Positions 43,153 through 54,240 are shown, numbered from the stretch's first letter. The stretch is 64,000 nt of DNA from Candidatus Peregrinibacteria bacterium (GCA_003153355.1 PLYH01000003.1:38325-102324); one strand, 5' to 3'. Notes: generated by a model from the letters alone, not told the origin. Numbers and translations are program-made.

Positions 43153-43518
43153 TTATTTTTGTTCCTCTTTTTCAAGACACTGTAAGAGCTTTTTACTGCA
43201 TTGATAATCTAGAGCAGGCATATATGCTATAAGACCTCTGTCAAATTCTTGTCTGGATTTGTCTCCTTTATCCGAATCCAACCCTATTTTCATTGATAGG
43301 AGGCGACTTTCCTCTGTACATTGTCTTACTTCGGGAGTTTGGACACATTCATCATGGACAGCATCTCCAACACGTTCAGTAATTTGGTGAATTTTATCAG
43401 TTGCTTCTATAAATTCCGAATCAGCGTACTGAGTGGGAACTTTTGGTTCCTGAGAACAACCATTTATTCCTGAAACTAAACCAGCAATGACTATTGCTTT
43501 AGAAAGAGAGTTGTTCAT
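43153..43518 (-). CDS. orphan putative lipoprotein
   Basis: Signal peptide with INGC lipobox-like motif; four more Cys; own promoter and terminator. Confidence 0.7.
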   Translation of the reverse strand: MNNSLSKAIVIAGLVSGINGCSQEPKVPTQYADSEFIEATDKIHQITERVGDAVHDECVQTPEVRQCTEESRLLSMKIGLDSDKGDKSRQEFDRGLIAYMPALDYQCSKKLLQCLEKEEQK

Positions 43519-43546
43519 ATATTTAGAACTTAATTAATGGAGCTTA

Positions 43547-43575
43547 TTTATATCATATTTTATCAATTTTGTCAA
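43547..43575 (-). promoter_or_regulatory. consensus sigma70 promoter
   Basis: TTGACA-17 nt-TATAAT with extended -10 TG. Confidence 0.8.
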
Positions 43576-43625
43576 GTCTTCCGTATCAATAATCCATTCA
43601 ATGATGAGCGAATCCAATAACAAAC

Positions 43626-44903
43626 CTAAATTTGCTTGAGGATATTGCGGATATTTTCAATGAGAGCCTGATCTTCCATTTTTTGGGCTAAATCCAGCAT
43701 TTTGCGATAGTCGTTGCGATGTGACCGCATGACTGAAAGTTCTCTTAATCCGGCAACACGCGCCTGGATCTCGTTGTACTCTTTGCCGTAGGTGGCTTTG
43801 ACCATTTGCTGGTTGCCGGTTCGCAAAAATATTTCCCGGGCTTTTAACCAGGAGTTATTATTATAGAAAAAGAGACCTTCCTGTTCGTCTACATATTTTT
43901 TGAGAGTCTGGTCATCGCTCAGTTCTGCGTAATAGCGGGCTTTGCGGAAATCACGCTTCTTGCTGTAATAAATGGTGGCATTATTAAGGATATTTGCCTC
44001 GAGTTTCCGGTCTTCATCGGTATCGATGCCGGCTGTCTTCAAAAAGAAAAGGGCCGTTTCGTAATCATTATCTTTCATGACCGACAGGGCGACATTGTGA
44101 TAACCGATTTTTAAATTTTTGGTGACGAGTTCACGTTCGGAAGATAGGTTGTTCGCCAGTTGAGCCGCTTTCAAAAATTCCCGGGGCTGCAGCTTGATCT
44201 GCTTATCCCGGAAGTCGGATACATCGAGCAGGTTGGTTGAGATCAGTTCCACGATGGGCAGCAGCTGCAAATACTCCTTATAATTGGCAAAACCGCCGGC
44301 TGTGGCTTCAATATCGATGCCTTTAAAGTGCAGACAGACGTGCTGCGGCAGCATTTTGATCTGAAGATCTTTGATGTCGTACTTCAGGGAAAACAGGAAG
44401 GTGTAGAAGGTCACGATCTGGTTGCAGTCGCCGATCATTTTCTGGTTTTTTTCAAGATTGACGAGGAGTTTTCCGAAAGAAGCCCCTTCAAGATATTGGA
44501 ATCGCCCGGCTTCGGGGCGCAAAAAAAGCATCATCGCGACCAGAAAACGCAGTTTTTCATTATCAGCAGGTACTTCCGGGCTGGAAAGCCCCAAATCCTT
44601 AAGATTCTGGTTTATGGCAGCAGCATCTATGTTTTGCTGAGCGGCAAATTCCAAAAAAATCCGGCCGATCTCCTGGCTGTTTCTGTACATTCTTTTGCGG
44701 TTGGAACGCGTGAGGTATTTGTAGCCTTTAAATCTGGCTTCAAGCCATAGATCCAGAATAACGAGGTTTGCTTCCATCATATCCTCGATTTTCCGCTGGG
44801 CTTCAAAAATTCCAAGGAAGGCGACCTTTTTTAAAATTTTGTCGATCCGCTTCTCCAGTTTGTCCGCGTACCGCGAGAAGGGGTTCCAAACAGGCTTGAG
44901 CAT
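43626..44903 (-). CDS. transglutaminase-like domain protein with TPR-like helical C-terminus
   Basis: GDCNQ…PQHVCLHF…DIEAT motifs; start overlaps the uvrA stop (TAATG). Confidence 0.6.
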   Translation of the reverse strand: MLKPVWNPFSRYADKLEKRIDKILKKVAFLGIFEAQRKIEDMMEANLVILDLWLEARFKGYKYLTRSNRKRMYRNSQEIGRIFLEFAAQQNIDAAAINQNLKDLGLSSPEVPADNEKLRFLVAMMLFLRPEAGRFQYLEGASFGKLLVNLEKNQKMIGDCNQIVTFYTFLFSLKYDIKDLQIKMLPQHVCLHFKGIDIEATAGGFANYKEYLQLLPIVELISTNLLDVSDFRDKQIKLQPREFLKAAQLANNLSSERELVTKNLKIGYHNVALSVMKDNDYETALFFLKTAGIDTDEDRKLEANILNNATIYYSKKRDFRKARYYAELSDDQTLKKYVDEQEGLFFYNNNSWLKAREIFLRTGNQQMVKATYGKEYNEIQARVAGLRELSVMRSHRNDYRKMLDLAQKMEDQALIENIRNILKQI

Positions 44904-47800
44904 TATTTGGTTTTCATGGTTTTTTTAAGCCAGAGACCGGTGTAGGAGTTTTTCACTTTGGCAACCTCTTCAGGGGTGCCCACGGCAACAATTTCGCCGC
45001 CGCCTTCACCGCCGTCCGGACCGAGGTCAATAATGTAGTCCACGGATTTAATGACATCAAGGTTGTGCTCAATGGTAAGCACTGTGTTGCCTTTTTCCAC
45101 GAGTTTTTGGAGCACACCGAGAAGTTTTTCGACATCGGCAAAGTGCAGACCTGTGGTCGGTTCGTCCAAAACATAGAGTGTCTGGCCGGTTGAACGCTTG
45201 GAAAGTTCTGTAGCGAGTTTAATACGCTGGGCTTCACCTCCTGAAAGTGTTGTTGCTGACTGGCCCAAGCTGACGTAGGAAAGGCCTACTTCGTATAATG
45301 TCTCAAGTTTGATCTTAATATTCGGGATGTTCGTGAAAAATTCCAAAGCCTCGGCGATGGTCATATCCAGAACGTCAGCGATGTTTTTGCCGCGGTAGGT
45401 AATTTCCAAAGCTTCTCTATTATAGCGCCGGCCCTTACAAACTTCGCAGGGCACGTAGATATCAGGTAAAAAGTGCATTTCGATCTTCTTGATGCCGTCG
45501 CCGGCACAGGCTTCGCAACGCCCTCCTTTGACATTGAAGCTGAAACGGCCGCTTTTATAGCCTCTGAGTTTGGCTTCGGGTGTTCCTGCGAAAAGATCAC
45601 GGATGTCCGTAAAAACACCGGTATATGTGGCCGGGTTTGAACGCGGCGTTCTGCCGATCGGAGACTGGTCGATATTGATGATTTTATCAAGATGCTCAAT
45701 GCCTTCGATGCTTTCATGTTTTCCCGGATGATTTTTTGTACCGTAAATGGCATGAGAAACTCTTTTGACGAGAATATCGTTAATAAGGGTGGATTTTCCG
45801 GAACCGGAAACTCCCGTCACGCCGACAAATGTTCCGAGAGGAAAACTCACGGAAACTTTTTTAAGATTATGTTCAGACGCATTGATGATTTTGATTTCGT
45901 GGCCATTGCCCTTGCGACGCTTTTTTGGCACAGGAACCATCTTTTTCCCGCTCAGGTACTGGCCGGTGATGGAGTTCGGGTTCTTCATGATTTCGGCAGG
46001 AGTTCCTGCCGCAACCACACGCCCGCCGTCTTTGCCTGCTCCGGGGCCGATGTCTAAAATGTAGTCGGATGAAAGCATCGTATCCACGTCATGTTCAACC
46101 ACAATGACCGTGTTGCCGAGATCGCGGAGCTGTATAAGCGTATTAATGAGTTTGGCGTTATCGTTCTGGTGCAAACCAATGGAAGGTTCATCCAACACGT
46201 ACACGACGCCGGAAAGTCTTGAGCCGATTTGCGTGGCCAGACGAATACGCTGTGCTTCGCCGCCGGATAAAGTATTCGCCGCGCGGTCCAGTGTTAAATA
46301 GGAAAGCCCCACATCCTGCAGAAAGCGCAGGCGGTTGCAGATTTCCTTTAAAATAAGCCGCGCGATCTGTTCTTCCATGTCGCTTAATTTCAGGCTGTTG
46401 AAGAAATCGATGGCGCGTTTGGCAGAAAATTCAGTGACTTCAATAATATTCTTATCTTCAATGCGGACAGCCAATGCTTCGGGACGCAAACGGTTGCCGT
46501 TACAGGCCGGGCATTTCAAAATGCGCATGAATTTTTCGATCTTTTTGCGGATATAATCTGAATCTGTTTCCAGATAGCGGCGTTCAAGATTCGGAATAAC
46601 TCCTTCAAAGGTTGTGCTGTAATTGCCGCTAAAGCCGGCTTCACGGTCCTCTTTTCCTACTTTGACGCTGTATTTGGTGTCGCTTGTTCCATAGAGCACA
46701 ATCGTGAGTGCTTCCTTGCTCAATTTTTTCACCGGGTCGCTCATGCTGAAGCCGCTTGCTTTGGCGACTTGTTCAAGAATGCGGTTATACCAGGTTAAAT
46801 GCGAAGTCGTGGCGGACCAAGGCATGATCGCGCCTTCGCCAAGGGTTAAACTTTCGTTGGGGATGACGAGTTTGGGGTCGATTTCTAGTTTGGTGCCAAG
46901 GCCGTGACAGACCGGGCATGCGCCGTGCGGACTGTTAAAAGAGAAACTGCGCGGGCTGATTTCCGGAATGCTGATGCCGCAGTTAATGCAGGCAAAATGT
47001 TCCGAGAAAATTTCGTCTTTGCCGGTATCCACATCGTTGATGACCATAATCCCCTCGCCAAATTTGAGGGCGGTTTCAATGGAATCCGCCAGACGGGTGC
47101 GGTCAGGATTCGGGAGTTCGATCTCATCGCCGGAAGAAAGTTTCTGCACTTTCTTTTTGAAATCTTTGACCACGAGACGGTCAACGACGATTTCGATGGT
47201 ATGTTTCTTGTTTTCGTCGAGTTCCGGAATGTTCAAAATGCTCATGATTTCCCCATCAACGCGGACGCGGACAAATCCGTCTTTTTTGATCTTTTCAAAA
47301 ACTTTCACGTGACTGCCTTTGCGGTCGCGGATGACCGGAGACATCAGCATGATCTTTCTGCCTTCAGGCATGGTTCCGACGTTGTCCACAATCTGGCTGG
47401 CGGTTTGCCGGCTGATTTTTTTGCCGCATTTCGGACAATAAGGATGTCCGACTTTGGCAAACATCAAACGTAAGTAATCGTAAATTTCCGTCACGGTTCC
47501 CACGGTTGAACGCGGGTTGCGGCTGGCGGTTTTCTGATCGATGGAAATGGCTGGAGAAAGCCCGTCGATGGAATCGACATCAGGTTTTTCCATCAATTGC
47601 AAAAACTGGCGGGCGTAGGTGGAAAGACTTTCCACATAGCGGCGCTGGCCTTCGGCATAAATGGTATCAAACGCGAGCGATGATTTTCCGGAACCGGAAA
47701 GTCCGGTCATAACGGTAAGCTGCCCTCTTGGAATTTCCACATTGATGTTTTTGAGATTGTGGATGCGGGCTCCTTTGACTACGATTTGTTCAGCGGACAT
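44903..47800 (-). CDS. uvrA: excinuclease ABC subunit A
   Basis: [14 protein letters not shown], two LSGGEAQRI signatures, zinc fingers. Confidence 0.98.
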   Translation of the reverse strand: MSAEQIVVKGARIHNLKNINVEIPRGQLTVMTGLSGSGKSSLAFDTIYAEGQRRYVESLSTYARQFLQLMEKPDVDSIDGLSPAISIDQKTASRNPRSTVGTVTEIYDYLRLMFAKVGHPYCPKCGKKISRQTASQIVDNVGTMPEGRKIMLMSPVIRDRKGSHVKVFEKIKKDGFVRVRVDGEIMSILNIPELDENKKHTIEIVVDRLVVKDFKKKVQKLSSGDEIELPNPDRTRLADSIETALKFGEGIMVINDVDTGKDEIFSEHFACINCGISIPEISPRSFSFNSPHGACPVCHGLGTKLEIDPKLVIPNESLTLGEGAIMPWSATTSHLTWYNRILEQVAKASGFSMSDPVKKLSKEALTIVLYGTSDTKYSVKVGKEDREAGFSGNYSTTFEGVIPNLERRYLETDSDYIRKKIEKFMRILKCPACNGNRLRPEALAVRIEDKNIIEVTEFSAKRAIDFFNSLKLSDMEEQIARLILKEICNRLRFLQDVGLSYLTLDRAANTLSGGEAQRIRLATQIGSRLSGVVYVLDEPSIGLHQNDNAKLINTLIQLRDLGNTVIVVEHDVDTMLSSDYILDIGPGAGKDGGRVVAAGTPAEIMKNPNSITGQYLSGKKMVPVPKKRRKGNGHEIKIINASEHNLKKVSVSFPLGTFVGVTGVSGSGKSTLINDILVKRVSHAIYGTKNHPGKHESIEGIEHLDKIINIDQSPIGRTPRSNPATYTGVFTDIRDLFAGTPEAKLRGYKSGRFSFNVKGGRCEACAGDGIKKIEMHFLPDIYVPCEVCKGRRYNREALEITYRGKNIADVLDMTIAEALEFFTNIPNIKIKLETLYEVGLSYVSLGQSATTLSGGEAQRIKLATELSKRSTGQTLYVLDEPTTGLHFADVEKLLGVLQKLVEKGNTVLTIEHNLDVIKSVDYIIDLGPDGGEGGGEIVAVGTPEEVAKVKNSYTGLWLKKTMKTK

Positions 47801-47901
47801 AACAAAAAATTACTTTTTAAAATAAAGTTAGTATTTCACCCTAGAGTACCACGCTAGCACAGTTTTTGCCGACTAGCAAGGGTCTGGGAGAAACTGTGTA
47901 C

Positions 47902-47954
47902 AAAAAAGTGGCGGGATAAAATGGCTGCAATATAATAGAGCCTAATCCCGCCAC
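47902..47954 (-). terminator. probable terminator after prsW
   Basis: 10-bp stem GTGGCGGGAT/ATCCCGCCAC with a large loop, then T6 on the minus strand. Confidence 0.55.
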
Positions 47955-47994
47955 GCCGTAATTTACCAAACGATAAAATTTTTGCAAGGATTTT

Positions 47995-48870
47995 TTATGA
48001 GCTCGGCTGAGCTGACTCTGCAGCCGGCTCTTCCAATAAAAGTCCGTAGGTTTTGTGATCCTCCTTTTTTTCCAAAAGATAGTTCAGGAGAATGTAGCCG
48101 CCGGTTAAATAGGGAACGATCAGGAAGGTCCAGTTCATTTCCAGGAAAATATTGAAGAGCGCATGAAGGCCGATGGCGATTAAAAGCCCCTGCGCGATTT
48201 TTTCCTGCTTAAAGCTGATCTCTTTTTTGAAGGGAAGCATTGCAGCTATTTTGTTGAAAATCGGCCAGCGGTTCTTGAGATTCTGGTCCTGAAGAATTGG
48301 ACCCGCAAAATGAGCGAGACCGTAATAATAGCCCAGCATGCCTGAAAACATGATGTGAGCGAAGGTTGAAAAGAGCGAACGGAAAACGAAAGGATAGAGA
48401 ATATTTTCCGGACCGCGATCTGCCATAATGTTGTAGAAATAGATAATGTTTTCCACAAACGCAAAGCCAAGGGCTGCCGTAATAAACATTTCAATTGCAT
48501 CGTCGATGGATGTGATGTTTTCTTCGGCGCCGCTCATGCGGACCGCCATAAATTTGGTGACCTCTTCGATCACGCCCACGATCAAAAAAGTAAAAAGCAC
48601 ATCCAGCGGAACCGCCGTGATGTTGCTGAAACCGATAAAATCGTCTTTAAACTGGTTGGTATAGGCAAAAGCGTTCAGCCACGGAAAAAATTGCCAGAGA
48701 TATTTATATGCCAAAAGCGGAGCCACGAAGACCGCGCCGCCTATAAAAATCCGCAGGGACATACTTTTTTTATGGACCTGTTTTTTATAAAAAATGTACC
48801 CCCAGGCTGCAGCCGGGACAATAGAAAGCAGCAAGGCGAGTCCTGATTTGAGTATCTCTTCTGGCATCAT
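47995..48870 (-). CDS. prsW: PrsW family intramembrane metalloprotease
   Basis: GVIEEVTKF, ALGFAFVEN, AHIMFSG, LHALFN; multiple TM segments. Confidence 0.9.
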   Translation of the reverse strand: MMPEEILKSGLALLLSIVPAAAWGYIFYKKQVHKKSMSLRIFIGGAVFVAPLLAYKYLWQFFPWLNAFAYTNQFKDDFIGFSNITAVPLDVLFTFLIVGVIEEVTKFMAVRMSGAEENITSIDDAIEMFITAALGFAFVENIIYFYNIMADRGPENILYPFVFRSLFSTFAHIMFSGMLGYYYGLAHFAGPILQDQNLKNRWPIFNKIAAMLPFKKEISFKQEKIAQGLLIAIGLHALFNIFLEMNWTFLIVPYLTGGYILLNYLLEKKEDHKTYGLLLEEPAAESAQPSS

Positions 48871-48905
48871 AAGCTGATTTTGTTTTTATTTTGGGCTTCA
48901 TGTTA

Positions 48906-49592
48906 TTATAACATATTTTTGATGATTTTTCCATAGAGCTCGGCTTTGGATTTTGTCAGACTGTGGCCGGCCATTTTTGGCATATCGATAAGGATATTCG
49001 TTCCTCCCTTCATAATGGGCTCGTAGGTTTCGGCCGAGGTTTGTGTTGATAAACGGACCTGCAGTTCATTGCTCAAAAGTTTCTTCGCATCAGGAGGCAC
49101 GATGCTGTCTTTTGCGGTTCCGATGGTCAGGATCTTTGATGAAGGAAGATCCCTCAGCGCATCTTCACATTCCTGGGCGATACGGAAGCGTTCGCGGTAA
49201 TGTTTGAAAAAAAGAAAATGGGCAATTTTTGCAGGTTTTACTTCAACATCCGAACGCAGCGGACCGTCGATGAGCACGAGTTTAAAAATATCCAAAAGCC
49301 GCCTGCGGCAGGCAATAATCAACGCGATGAGCGCGCCATAACTGTGACCGATGAGCAGCACATTTTCAGAAGGTATGGCATCGAGCTCTTTGGAAACATT
49401 AGCAATAATCGTTTCAGGATCCTCAAGAGCTTTGTTCCACGGAGTTCCTGAAATAATGCGGCTGGAATTGAGCTGGAGATGCTTATCGAGATCGGCTTTG
49501 AGTTCTCCGATTCCTTTATCGCCGAATCCTGTGACAATGGCGAGATCCAGCGGCTTACTGCTTAGCTGTTCGTAATTATGCGGTCGGTTCAT
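48906..49592 (-). CDS. alpha/beta hydrolase
   Basis: GHSYG nucleophile elbow, DSIVP, GHS; overlaps the recF end by 17 nt. Confidence 0.8.
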   Translation of the reverse strand: MNRPHNYEQLSSKPLDLAIVTGFGDKGIGELKADLDKHLQLNSSRIISGTPWNKALEDPETIIANVSKELDAIPSENVLLIGHSYGALIALIIACRRRLLDIFKLVLIDGPLRSDVEVKPAKIAHFLFFKHYRERFRIAQECEDALRDLPSSKILTIGTAKDSIVPPDAKKLLSNELQVRLSTQTSAETYEPIMKGGTNILIDMPKMAGHSLTKSKAELYGKIIKNML

Positions 49593-50769
49593 GAATGATT
49601 CCTTGGCTTACTTCTAAATATTTACCGGGTCTTACGTTGAGATTGCGGTGGGTTCTCATTGGGCCGCCGGTGGCCGCTTCGTCATTAAGATGCGTGGTAG
49701 TGATAATGGTCTGATGGCCTTCAATGGCTTGCAGAAGGAGATTCTGGCGTTTGGGATCGAGTTCGGAAAAAACATCGTCAAGCAAGAGGATAGGTTTCTG
49801 ATTGCTGCGTTCTTCAAAGAATTTGAGTTCAATCAGTTTGAGCGCAAGGAGCAGCGAACGGTATTCGCCGCGCGATGCGCAAGCCGCAAGGTTCAGTCCG
49901 TCAAAGCTGAAATTCAGATCGTCGCGGTGCGGGCCGATGGTCGTGACCAAAGCCTGGAGATCGCGCGGGCGGGTGCGGTCGAGCTGTTCGCTAAAGTGCG
50001 CGCGCCAATTTTGGAGCGACAGCTCTTCGGGGTTTTCAATATCGTGAAGTGTGTGATGATAGATGATTTTTACATTTTCATCCCCTTCGGAAATTTTTTG
50101 GTACGTTGAGGCGAGCTGGTTTTGAAAATACTGAATTGTTTGCGCGCGTTCGAACATCAAATAACTGCCGTGTTCAACGAGCTGTTCGTCCCAGACATCT
50201 AATTCGCCCGGAGTCGCACGCTGGTCTTTGATGGCATGCAGCAGGGCGTTTCTTTGTTTTAGAACTTTCAGATAGGAACGGAGTGAGCTGAAATATTTAC
50301 GGTTCACCTGAACGCTGATGACATTAAGATACGCGCGGCGCAAATCCGGTCCAAGATAAAGCATGTTCAAATCTTCAGGATGAAAAAAAACGACCTGACA
50401 GTTGCCGATAAAATTGGCGGCGCCGGTTTTTACCTGATTTTTCTTGAAAGATTTTTGCGGATTGGGCGGCTTCCCCAAAAAGGCTTCCAGTTCAAGGGAT
50501 TGTGGACTTTCAGACCGCGCCTCTTCGTCCGCATCTTCTTCAAAAATTCCTTTCACGCGGGCGTATTCATATTCCCAGCCGATCATGTCCTGCTGTTTGG
50601 TGGTGCGGAAAGATTTGGTGAGCGCGAGCAGGTAAATGGATTCCAGAATGTTGGTTTTTCCCTGCGCGTTCGGACCCACGATGTAGGTCATCGGCTCCTG
50701 CGGATCAAAGCTGAGTTCCAGATTTTTATAATTGCGGAACTGTTCGAGAATGAGTTTCTGTAAGCGCAT
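49576..50769 (-). CDS. recF: DNA replication/repair protein RecF
   Basis: QFRNY, GPNAQGKTNILE, GPHRDDL, SRGE, LLLDDVFSELD. Confidence 0.95.
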   Translation of the reverse strand: MRLQKLILEQFRNYKNLELSFDPQEPMTYIVGPNAQGKTNILESIYLLALTKSFRTTKQQDMIGWEYEYARVKGIFEEDADEEARSESPQSLELEAFLGKPPNPQKSFKKNQVKTGAANFIGNCQVVFFHPEDLNMLYLGPDLRRAYLNVISVQVNRKYFSSLRSYLKVLKQRNALLHAIKDQRATPGELDVWDEQLVEHGSYLMFERAQTIQYFQNQLASTYQKISEGDENVKIIYHHTLHDIENPEELSLQNWRAHFSEQLDRTRPRDLQALVTTIGPHRDDLNFSFDGLNLAACASRGEYRSLLLALKLIELKFFEERSNQKPILLLDDVFSELDPKRQNLLLQAIEGHQTIITTTHLNDEAATGGPMRTHRNLNVRPGKYLEVSQGIIHEPTA

Positions 50770-50823
50770 GAAATTGCTCTGAATGTGACTACAGAGTAGC
50801 GTAATTTTGAAGCTTTGCTCAAG

Positions 50824-51642
50824 CTATAATCCTAAGGCCTGCTCAAGGCTTTTATAGAATTTCTGTTTGGCATCGATGACTGCATTGATGCCGTTATAAA
50901 TACCTTCTTTAAAGCTGGTGCGCGTTGACACATACTGGCTGAGCGCTGCAGCTAAATCAGTCGCATGAGATTTGGTGTCGTGCTGAATATGGTCATCCAA
51001 ATATTGACGAACGCCCATGACTTTCGCGCGAACTTTTTCGATCATTTCTGCGGGAATTTCGTTTTCCTGAATCGTGAAAATTTCAGGGAAAATTTTATCC
51101 CTGCCTTCGGCGATTTTTCTGAACTCCATGGGAATCGAAAATTCCAAAGCAAAAATAACAGCGGCGATTTTGACATAATTCCTTTCTTCGATCAGGGCTT
51201 TTATGGCTTCGCAATAATCCTTAGTCCCCTTCAATGGTTCGGCGGTTTTGAGTTCATCTTCGGTAATACCCAGGGCTGTATAAAAATCTTTCCGCCACGT
51301 TTCGTGCGCCTGGTCAGGGTGTTTTTGACCGTGAGCGTCGATGCCCATTTCATCGTTCAAATTGGCCTGGAGTACTGCGGCGAGCTTTTTGTCGTTTGCT
51401 TTCGTTGCTGTTGCAATTCCGGCCGTGAGGAGTTCTTCAAAACTTTGCGCTGCCAGATTTCTTTGTAGGGCAAATTCGCGAAACTGTTCTTTGGTTACCG
51501 ATCCGTTTGCGATGGCCTCAAGTACTTTAGTTTTTCCGACAATTTCTTTGGCGGCATGACCTCCAAGCTGGTAGACAATACTGAGCTCCTGAGAAATTTC
51601 TTCCGTGGATGTTTCAGCGGTTTTTGCTCTTTCCAGTGCCAT
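50824..51642 (-). CDS. heme-oxygenase-like (PqqC/CADD/TenA superfamily) protein
   Basis: NLNDEMG…AHETW, ALE and HIQHD…H metal-ligand pattern. Confidence 0.7.
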   Translation of the reverse strand: MALERAKTAETSTEEISQELSIVYQLGGHAAKEIVGKTKVLEAIANGSVTKEQFREFALQRNLAAQSFEELLTAGIATATKANDKKLAAVLQANLNDEMGIDAHGQKHPDQAHETWRKDFYTALGITEDELKTAEPLKGTKDYCEAIKALIEERNYVKIAAVIFALEFSIPMEFRKIAEGRDKIFPEIFTIQENEIPAEMIEKVRAKVMGVRQYLDDHIQHDTKSHATDLAAALSQYVSTRTSFKEGIYNGINAVIDAKQKFYKSLEQALGL

Positions 51643-51666
51643 TTTTTAGAGTTAATTTGCGTTTAA

Positions 51667-51695
51667 GGTATAACAATTTCTCGAGTACATGTCAA
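51667..51695 (-). promoter_or_regulatory. sigma70-type promoter
   Basis: TTGACA-17 nt-TATACC with extended -10 TG. Confidence 0.55.
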
Positions 51696-51785
51696 CGTTT
51701 TGACTGAGGACGCGTTTGTCCGCTAAGATGCTTTCTGTTGCGCTGTGCGCTCAGAAATTTCCAATTTTGTTATTCATTCATATTT

Positions 51786-53588
51786 ATGTCAAAGAAAGAA
51801 CGCGTTGAAGTCGTAAAAAACGAGGACGAAGAGCTTCATGGCATGCGCCATTCCTGCGCACACATGCTGGCTCAGGCGGTTTTGGAAATGTTTCCCGAAG
51901 CTAAACTGGGCATCGGTCCGACCATTGAAAACGGCTTTTATTATGATTTTGAACTTCCGAGGACTTTGATTCCGGAAGATCTGGATATTCTGCAGAAAAA
52001 AATGGAGCATATCGCCAAGCAGCGTCAAACCTTTGTGCGCCGCGACGAACCGGTTGATGCGGCGATTGAACTTTATAAAAAAAGCGGACAGCTTTTTAAG
52101 ATGGAGATTGCCAGTGATCTTAAAGATGAAGGAGAAACAACTGTTTCGTTTTATGAGAACAGACTGCCTTCCGGTGAACTGAAGTTCGTGGATTTGTGCC
52201 GCGGCGGTCACAGTGAAAATACGGGAAAAACCGGCGCGTTCAAATTAAATAAAATCGCGGGAGCGTACTGGCGCGGCGATGAAAAACGTCCAATGCTGCA
52301 ACGCATTTATGGACTTTGCTTCGCGCAAAAAACCGAACTCGACGCCTACTTGAAAATGCTTGAGGAAGCCAAAAAACGTGATCACCGCAAAATCGGCCAG
52401 GAACTTGAGCTGTTTACGTTTCATGAAAACGTCGGTCCGGGTTTGCCATTATGGCTGCCGAACGGAACGGTGCTCATTGAAGAACTGGAAAAACTGGCGA
52501 AAGAGACTGAGTTTCACGCGGGGTACGTGCGCGTGCGAACACCGGCAATCACGAAAGGCATTTTGTATCATACTTCCGGACATCTTCCGTATTATAAAGC
52601 TTCGATGTACGCGCCGATGATGATCGACGGCGAGGAGTATTATTTGAAACCCATGAACTGTCCGCATCATCATATGTGTTATGCGGCGCATCCGAAGAGC
52701 TACCGCGATTTACCTTTGCGTTATGCGGAATACGGCACATGCTACCGCTATGAAGATTCAGGCGCTCTGTTCGGCTTGATGCGCGTCCGCAGCATGCAGA
52801 TGAACGATGCTCACATTTACTGCACCGAAGAACAGTTTGAACAGGAGTTTATTTCCGTCGTGGAAATGTATCTGAAATATTTCAAACTTTTTGGGATCGA
52901 AAAATATGTCATGCGTCTTTCGCTCCACGATCCCGCTGAACTCGGCAAAAAATATGTGAACGAACCTGAACTGTGGATTAAAACCGAAGAGATGGTGCGC
53001 AATGCCATGAAAAAAGCCGGCGTTCCGACGGTTGAAGTACCAAACGAAGCGGCTTTCTATGGTCCAAAAATCGACGTTGAAGTCTGGAGTGCGATCGGCC
53101 GCGAGTTTACATTGGCAACCAATCAGATCGACTTTGCGGTGCCAAAAAGATTCGGATTAACCTATGCGGATGCAGACGGAAAAGACAAAACTCCTTTATG
53201 CATTCACCGCGCGCCACTGGGAACGCATGAACGTTTTATCGGCTTCCTGATTGAGCATTTCGGCGGTAATTTCCCGACATGGATGGCTCCGGTACAGGTA
53301 AAAGTTCTGCCGGTTTCCGATAAATTCAACGAATACGCGCAGGAAGTCGCGACGGAATTATTCAATAAAGGCGTGAGAGTAAAAGTGGATGACAGCAACG
53401 AAAGTCTTGGTAAAAAAATCCGCGCTGCGGAAATGTTAAAGACTCCTTACATGCTTATCGTCGGCGAAAAAGAGGTTGCTGAAAATAAAGTGAGCGTGCG
53501 CAACCGCAAAACCAAAGAACAAACTCCGATGGGCGTGGATGAGTTTGCGGTAAGTTTGTTTGAGGAAATTAAGGAACGGAAGCTGTAA
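51786..53588 (+). CDS. thrS: threonine--tRNA ligase (short form, no TGS domain)
   Basis: RHSCAH, DLCRGGH, KRDHRK, LKPMNCPHH, GLMRVR, AFYGPKID, HRAPLGTHERF; ATG at 51786. Confidence 0.97.
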   Translation: MSKKERVEVVKNEDEELHGMRHSCAHMLAQAVLEMFPEAKLGIGPTIENGFYYDFELPRTLIPEDLDILQKKMEHIAKQRQTFVRRDEPVDAAIELYKKSGQLFKMEIASDLKDEGETTVSFYENRLPSGELKFVDLCRGGHSENTGKTGAFKLNKIAGAYWRGDEKRPMLQRIYGLCFAQKTELDAYLKMLEEAKKRDHRKIGQELELFTFHENVGPGLPLWLPNGTVLIEELEKLAKETEFHAGYVRVRTPAITKGILYHTSGHLPYYKASMYAPMMIDGEEYYLKPMNCPHHHMCYAAHPKSYRDLPLRYAEYGTCYRYEDSGALFGLMRVRSMQMNDAHIYCTEEQFEQEFISVVEMYLKYFKLFGIEKYVMRLSLHDPAELGKKYVNEPELWIKTEEMVRNAMKKAGVPTVEVPNEAAFYGPKIDVEVWSAIGREFTLATNQIDFAVPKRFGLTYADADGKDKTPLCIHRAPLGTHERFIGFLIEHFGGNFPTWMAPVQVKVLPVSDKFNEYAQEVATELFNKGVRVKVDDSNESLGKKIRAAEMLKTPYMLIVGEKEVAENKVSVRNRKTKEQTPMGVDEFAVSLFEEIKERKL

Positions 53589-53603
53589 AAATTTCAGATA
53601 AGG

Positions 53604-53644
53604 AAAAGGCCCTCCTCCGCTTGAACGCAGAGTGAGGGCCTTTT
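53604..53644. terminator. bidirectional terminator
   Basis: AAAAGGCCCTC…GAGGGCCTTTT. Confidence 0.8.
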
Positions 53645-53841
53645 GGGTTCCGTTGCAACCGTTACAGTCATATCGAGAGGTGGTAGCGCATACCATCTTG
53701 AGATCGTAGCGCCGCTGCACGCCGGTCGGCAGCTGGATTCGTGACGCGCGCTGTTTCAAAGAAACCGTGAGGTTTCGATGAAGTGGCACGAGACGAATGG
53801 AGGGCAATTATTTTTAAGGAAGTTCGACCATCAAATTCACT

Positions 53842-54240
53842 TCAACGGGAATGCATGCTCTCCACGGGGCAGAGCATGTTCCGGACCGACTGCGGGCTTC
53901 GTTCCAACAGGGCGAAAACCTGTGCAGACTGAAGCTGTTCGGGAAGCGCCGGACGAAGCTTCGCAAGTTCCCTGCGGATCTCGCGGAGCTTGTCGAGGCA
54001 CTGGTTGCTCCGCGTGTAGTCCACGAAGAGCACGGTAAGAGAGAACAGGTACTCTGGCCCTTCCGTGAGCGGGCCGGGCTTGGCCATGACGGTCTTGAAC
54101 CTGGAATCTTCATGATTCTTCTTTGCCTGAGCGAGAAACTCGCGAAGCGCGGGAATGCGCTCGCGCGGGTACATGGAGAACTCCGCTGCCTGCTGCCAGA
54201 CTACACCGAGAATTGGAAGCTTGGGGCTTTTCGTGTTCAT
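53842..54240 (-). CDS. orphan protein, 132 aa
   Basis: AAGGAG SD-like site 10 nt before ATG 54240; plausible composition. Confidence 0.55.
   Translation of the reverse strand: MNTKSPKLPILGVVWQQAAEFSMYPRERIPALREFLAQAKKNHEDSRFKTVMAKPGPLTEGPEYLFSLTVLFVDYTRSNQCLDKLREIRRELAKLRPALPEQLQSAQVFALLERSPQSVRNMLCPVESMHSR

Noticed and set aside
991..51785. Upstream-extended starts in the ORF track (991, 5288, 12510, 19319, 38826, 51738)
   Set aside because: The extensions overlap promoters, leaders or neighbouring genes; downstream ATGs match family N-termini or signal peptides.
53436..53807. 123-aa minus-strand ORF
   Set aside because: It has a TTG start, runs through the terminator and overlaps thrS antisense.
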